NCBI RefSeq assembly: GCF_052425735.1
Contig: NC_135765.1
Span: 33,294,001 to 33,358,000, forward strand
Length of the DNA: 64,000 nt
Direction: 5' to 3'
Origin: Oculina patagonica
Taxonomy: Eukaryota
Positions 61,884 to 64,000 of the stretch are shown piece after piece. Made by a program: the position numbers and the translations under genes. Each line of letters opens with the position of its first letter. Position 1 is the first letter of the stretch. The notes beneath the pieces were generated by a model. That model did no database searches. It had not been told where the DNA came from and was given only the letters and a program-made list of their open reading frames with translations.

Positions 61884-64000
61884 TTCAATAGTCATTTCAA
61901 CCAGTCAATTCCTCCAAATGGAGGAATCTGGTTCTCGATTCAGACGCTTAAATGCTCATTTGTTAGCATACCTAATACATGCATGGTGCTCTTTGTTTGC
62001 ACGTGAAACATTTTGTGGGGACTCAAAACGAAAGCTTCCCTACTCCTTCCCTNNNNNNNNNNNNNNNNNNNNNNNNNNNNNNNNNNNNNNNNNNNNNNNN
62101 NNNNNNNNNNNNNNNNNNNNNNNNNNNNNNNNNNNNNNNNNNNNNNNNNNNNNNNNNNNNNNNNNNNNNNNNNNNNNNNNNNNNNNNNNNNNNNNNNNNN
62201 NNNNNNNNNNNNNNNNNNNNNNNNNNNNNNNNNNNNNNNNNNNNNNNNNNNNNNNNNNNNNNNNNNNNNNNNCTGGCACAGATAGGAAAAGCTGTGCTTG
62301 GAGTACAATACTATTGATATTCCGTTAGCGGCTTACTACATGGTGAGTGTCCTTTTTCCTAGCCTATTTTCGGTTCTAAATTTTTAAAATTAATTTTTTT
62401 CTATGACAAGAAGTCGTTATCAATGGATTGAAAAAGTGAAATATTCTATTTTTATTTACGATTTTAAGTCAATATATATTCAAATTTCCTTAACGATATT
62501 TAACCAGTATTCAATATCCATTATTCCACTTCAACTACCCCGAATCAATTTCATGCTCGCTCCGGGTTAGTTATGAGTCAGATTGTGTGAACAACAAAAA
62601 TTACTAGCAGCTTTTAATGTGCGTTTTCCCTGCTATTGATTACATCTGATCCGTCTATAACTAATTTGACGAATGCACAGCTACCTTAGAGTTATAACAA
62701 TTATAATGTTATGACGGATTTACTGAAATGACGGTGGCATTATAAAAAAAACATTGCATACATTTGTAACTAATTCACATTTTGGCTGGAACATATTGAT
62801 CGATTGGGCACGTAGCTTTTGATTTTAATAATCGATGTAGCAGCTAGATTAACAGAATTTAAAAATAAAAATAACCAGATTATAAACTTTTGTATATTGA
62901 CTTGATATACAGAATTAATAAACGGATTCTGAGGCCGAATATATACAGAATTAACTATATATCATTTCGACATTGGAGTTGTTTGGGTTTGCCTCGATCA
63001 GTCGATCAACACCCGAGTAAGGGCTTTGAGTTTCACGAAAAATGAAAGAAATTAAGCCAAGTGTACACTAAGCAGTTGAAACCTACCGAAAAAAGGAAGG
63101 ATTCTCTCTTGTTTTCCTTCATGAGAGCTTGATCTTTCGAGACAACGCTGTTATTAGCTGCGACATTCATCAAAGGCGGTGTCTTTAGCCCACCTTCACA
63201 TCCGTGTTTGCTATTGCGTTGCCCACAACTTTCATTAGCTTTTTTTATTTACGAAGTCATCTATAAACAGATTTGTGTTAGCTGTCAGCATAGGCCGTCT
63301 GAAACCGCCTTTAAATTAGAAGCGAAAGGGAATACATTTAATTCCCTGCCGACTTCTGTGTTTCATTAAAAAGTTGCTTAAACCCGGCGCCCAGTTCTTG
63401 CTGTGCGACAAATTTTCGTTCAAAGTAAACGTAGATAATTGTGTTCTTAAAAGAAAACTTTAACTTTTTCTTTTAGGAGAGTTAAATCATCTAAGAAGGC
63501 CGATAAAAGAAGAAATATATTAAGGAAGTTGAATTGCGAACATGTCATCTGCTCATGCGAGGATGTTTTAAAACCCTGCTGATATCAAATTTATTAGCTG
63601 GAAGTTTTCCTGCTAAGTTATGGCTATGAGCACAAAATTGTTTATGCTAATTTAAATGGGTTCCATATTCCTGTGTAAACAACTTAGGTAAAATAGCCCG
63701 TCGAAAAACTTGGTAGGTCCCGAACCTAAAAATCGACTCTGCGAGAATATAATTTTTCAGCACGCAAGTTTTTTAATTAAGCTGTGAAAAGAGAAATACC
63801 TAGCTTAAACGCTAACCGTTAACTAAAAAACGCTCAGAGCCGAAGGAAGAGTGAAAAAATTAAATGTTAAACTAATCAAAACTGCTTCAGACCCCATGAA
63901 ATTCCGAGGAACTTACCATATATTGAACAAAATTTCCACTTTTGTTTAAGCCTTGGCAAGATTGAAAAATTAATGTAATATTCCCAAGAACTTCGATACT

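Overview
AT-rich, intron-containing animal DNA, most likely a stony coral (inferred from repeat types and gene content); no prokaryotic features. Draft assembly with four N-gaps (22992-23491, 35258-35396, 57938-58173, 62053-62272). In order: (1) a Mutator/MULE-like DDE transposase gene with SWIM finger, one intron and a frame discontinuity at a G_GGA_AAC heptamer; (2) a 5S rRNA-derived copy; (3) a decayed THAP/Kolobok-like element; (4) a 7-exon selenoprotein S gene missed by the ORF track (UGA-Sec, SECIS, GC-AG intron); (5) a ~7.4-kb duplication around a gap, probably uncollapsed haplotypes, holding a 7-finger C2H2 gene and the 5' exons of a BCL3-like ankyrin gene with an upstream kB-like site; (6) the remaining BCL3 exons; (7) an intronless rhodopsin-class GPCR; (8) two very divergent mitochondrial L17 (bL17m) paralogs head-to-head, 106 bp apart; (9) an mGluR-like receptor with two possible C-termini and a missing ligand-pocket lysine. 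Many MITEs, LINE 3' fragments and SINEs are interspersed. All gene models were built by eye from splice signals and reading frames; no searches were run.
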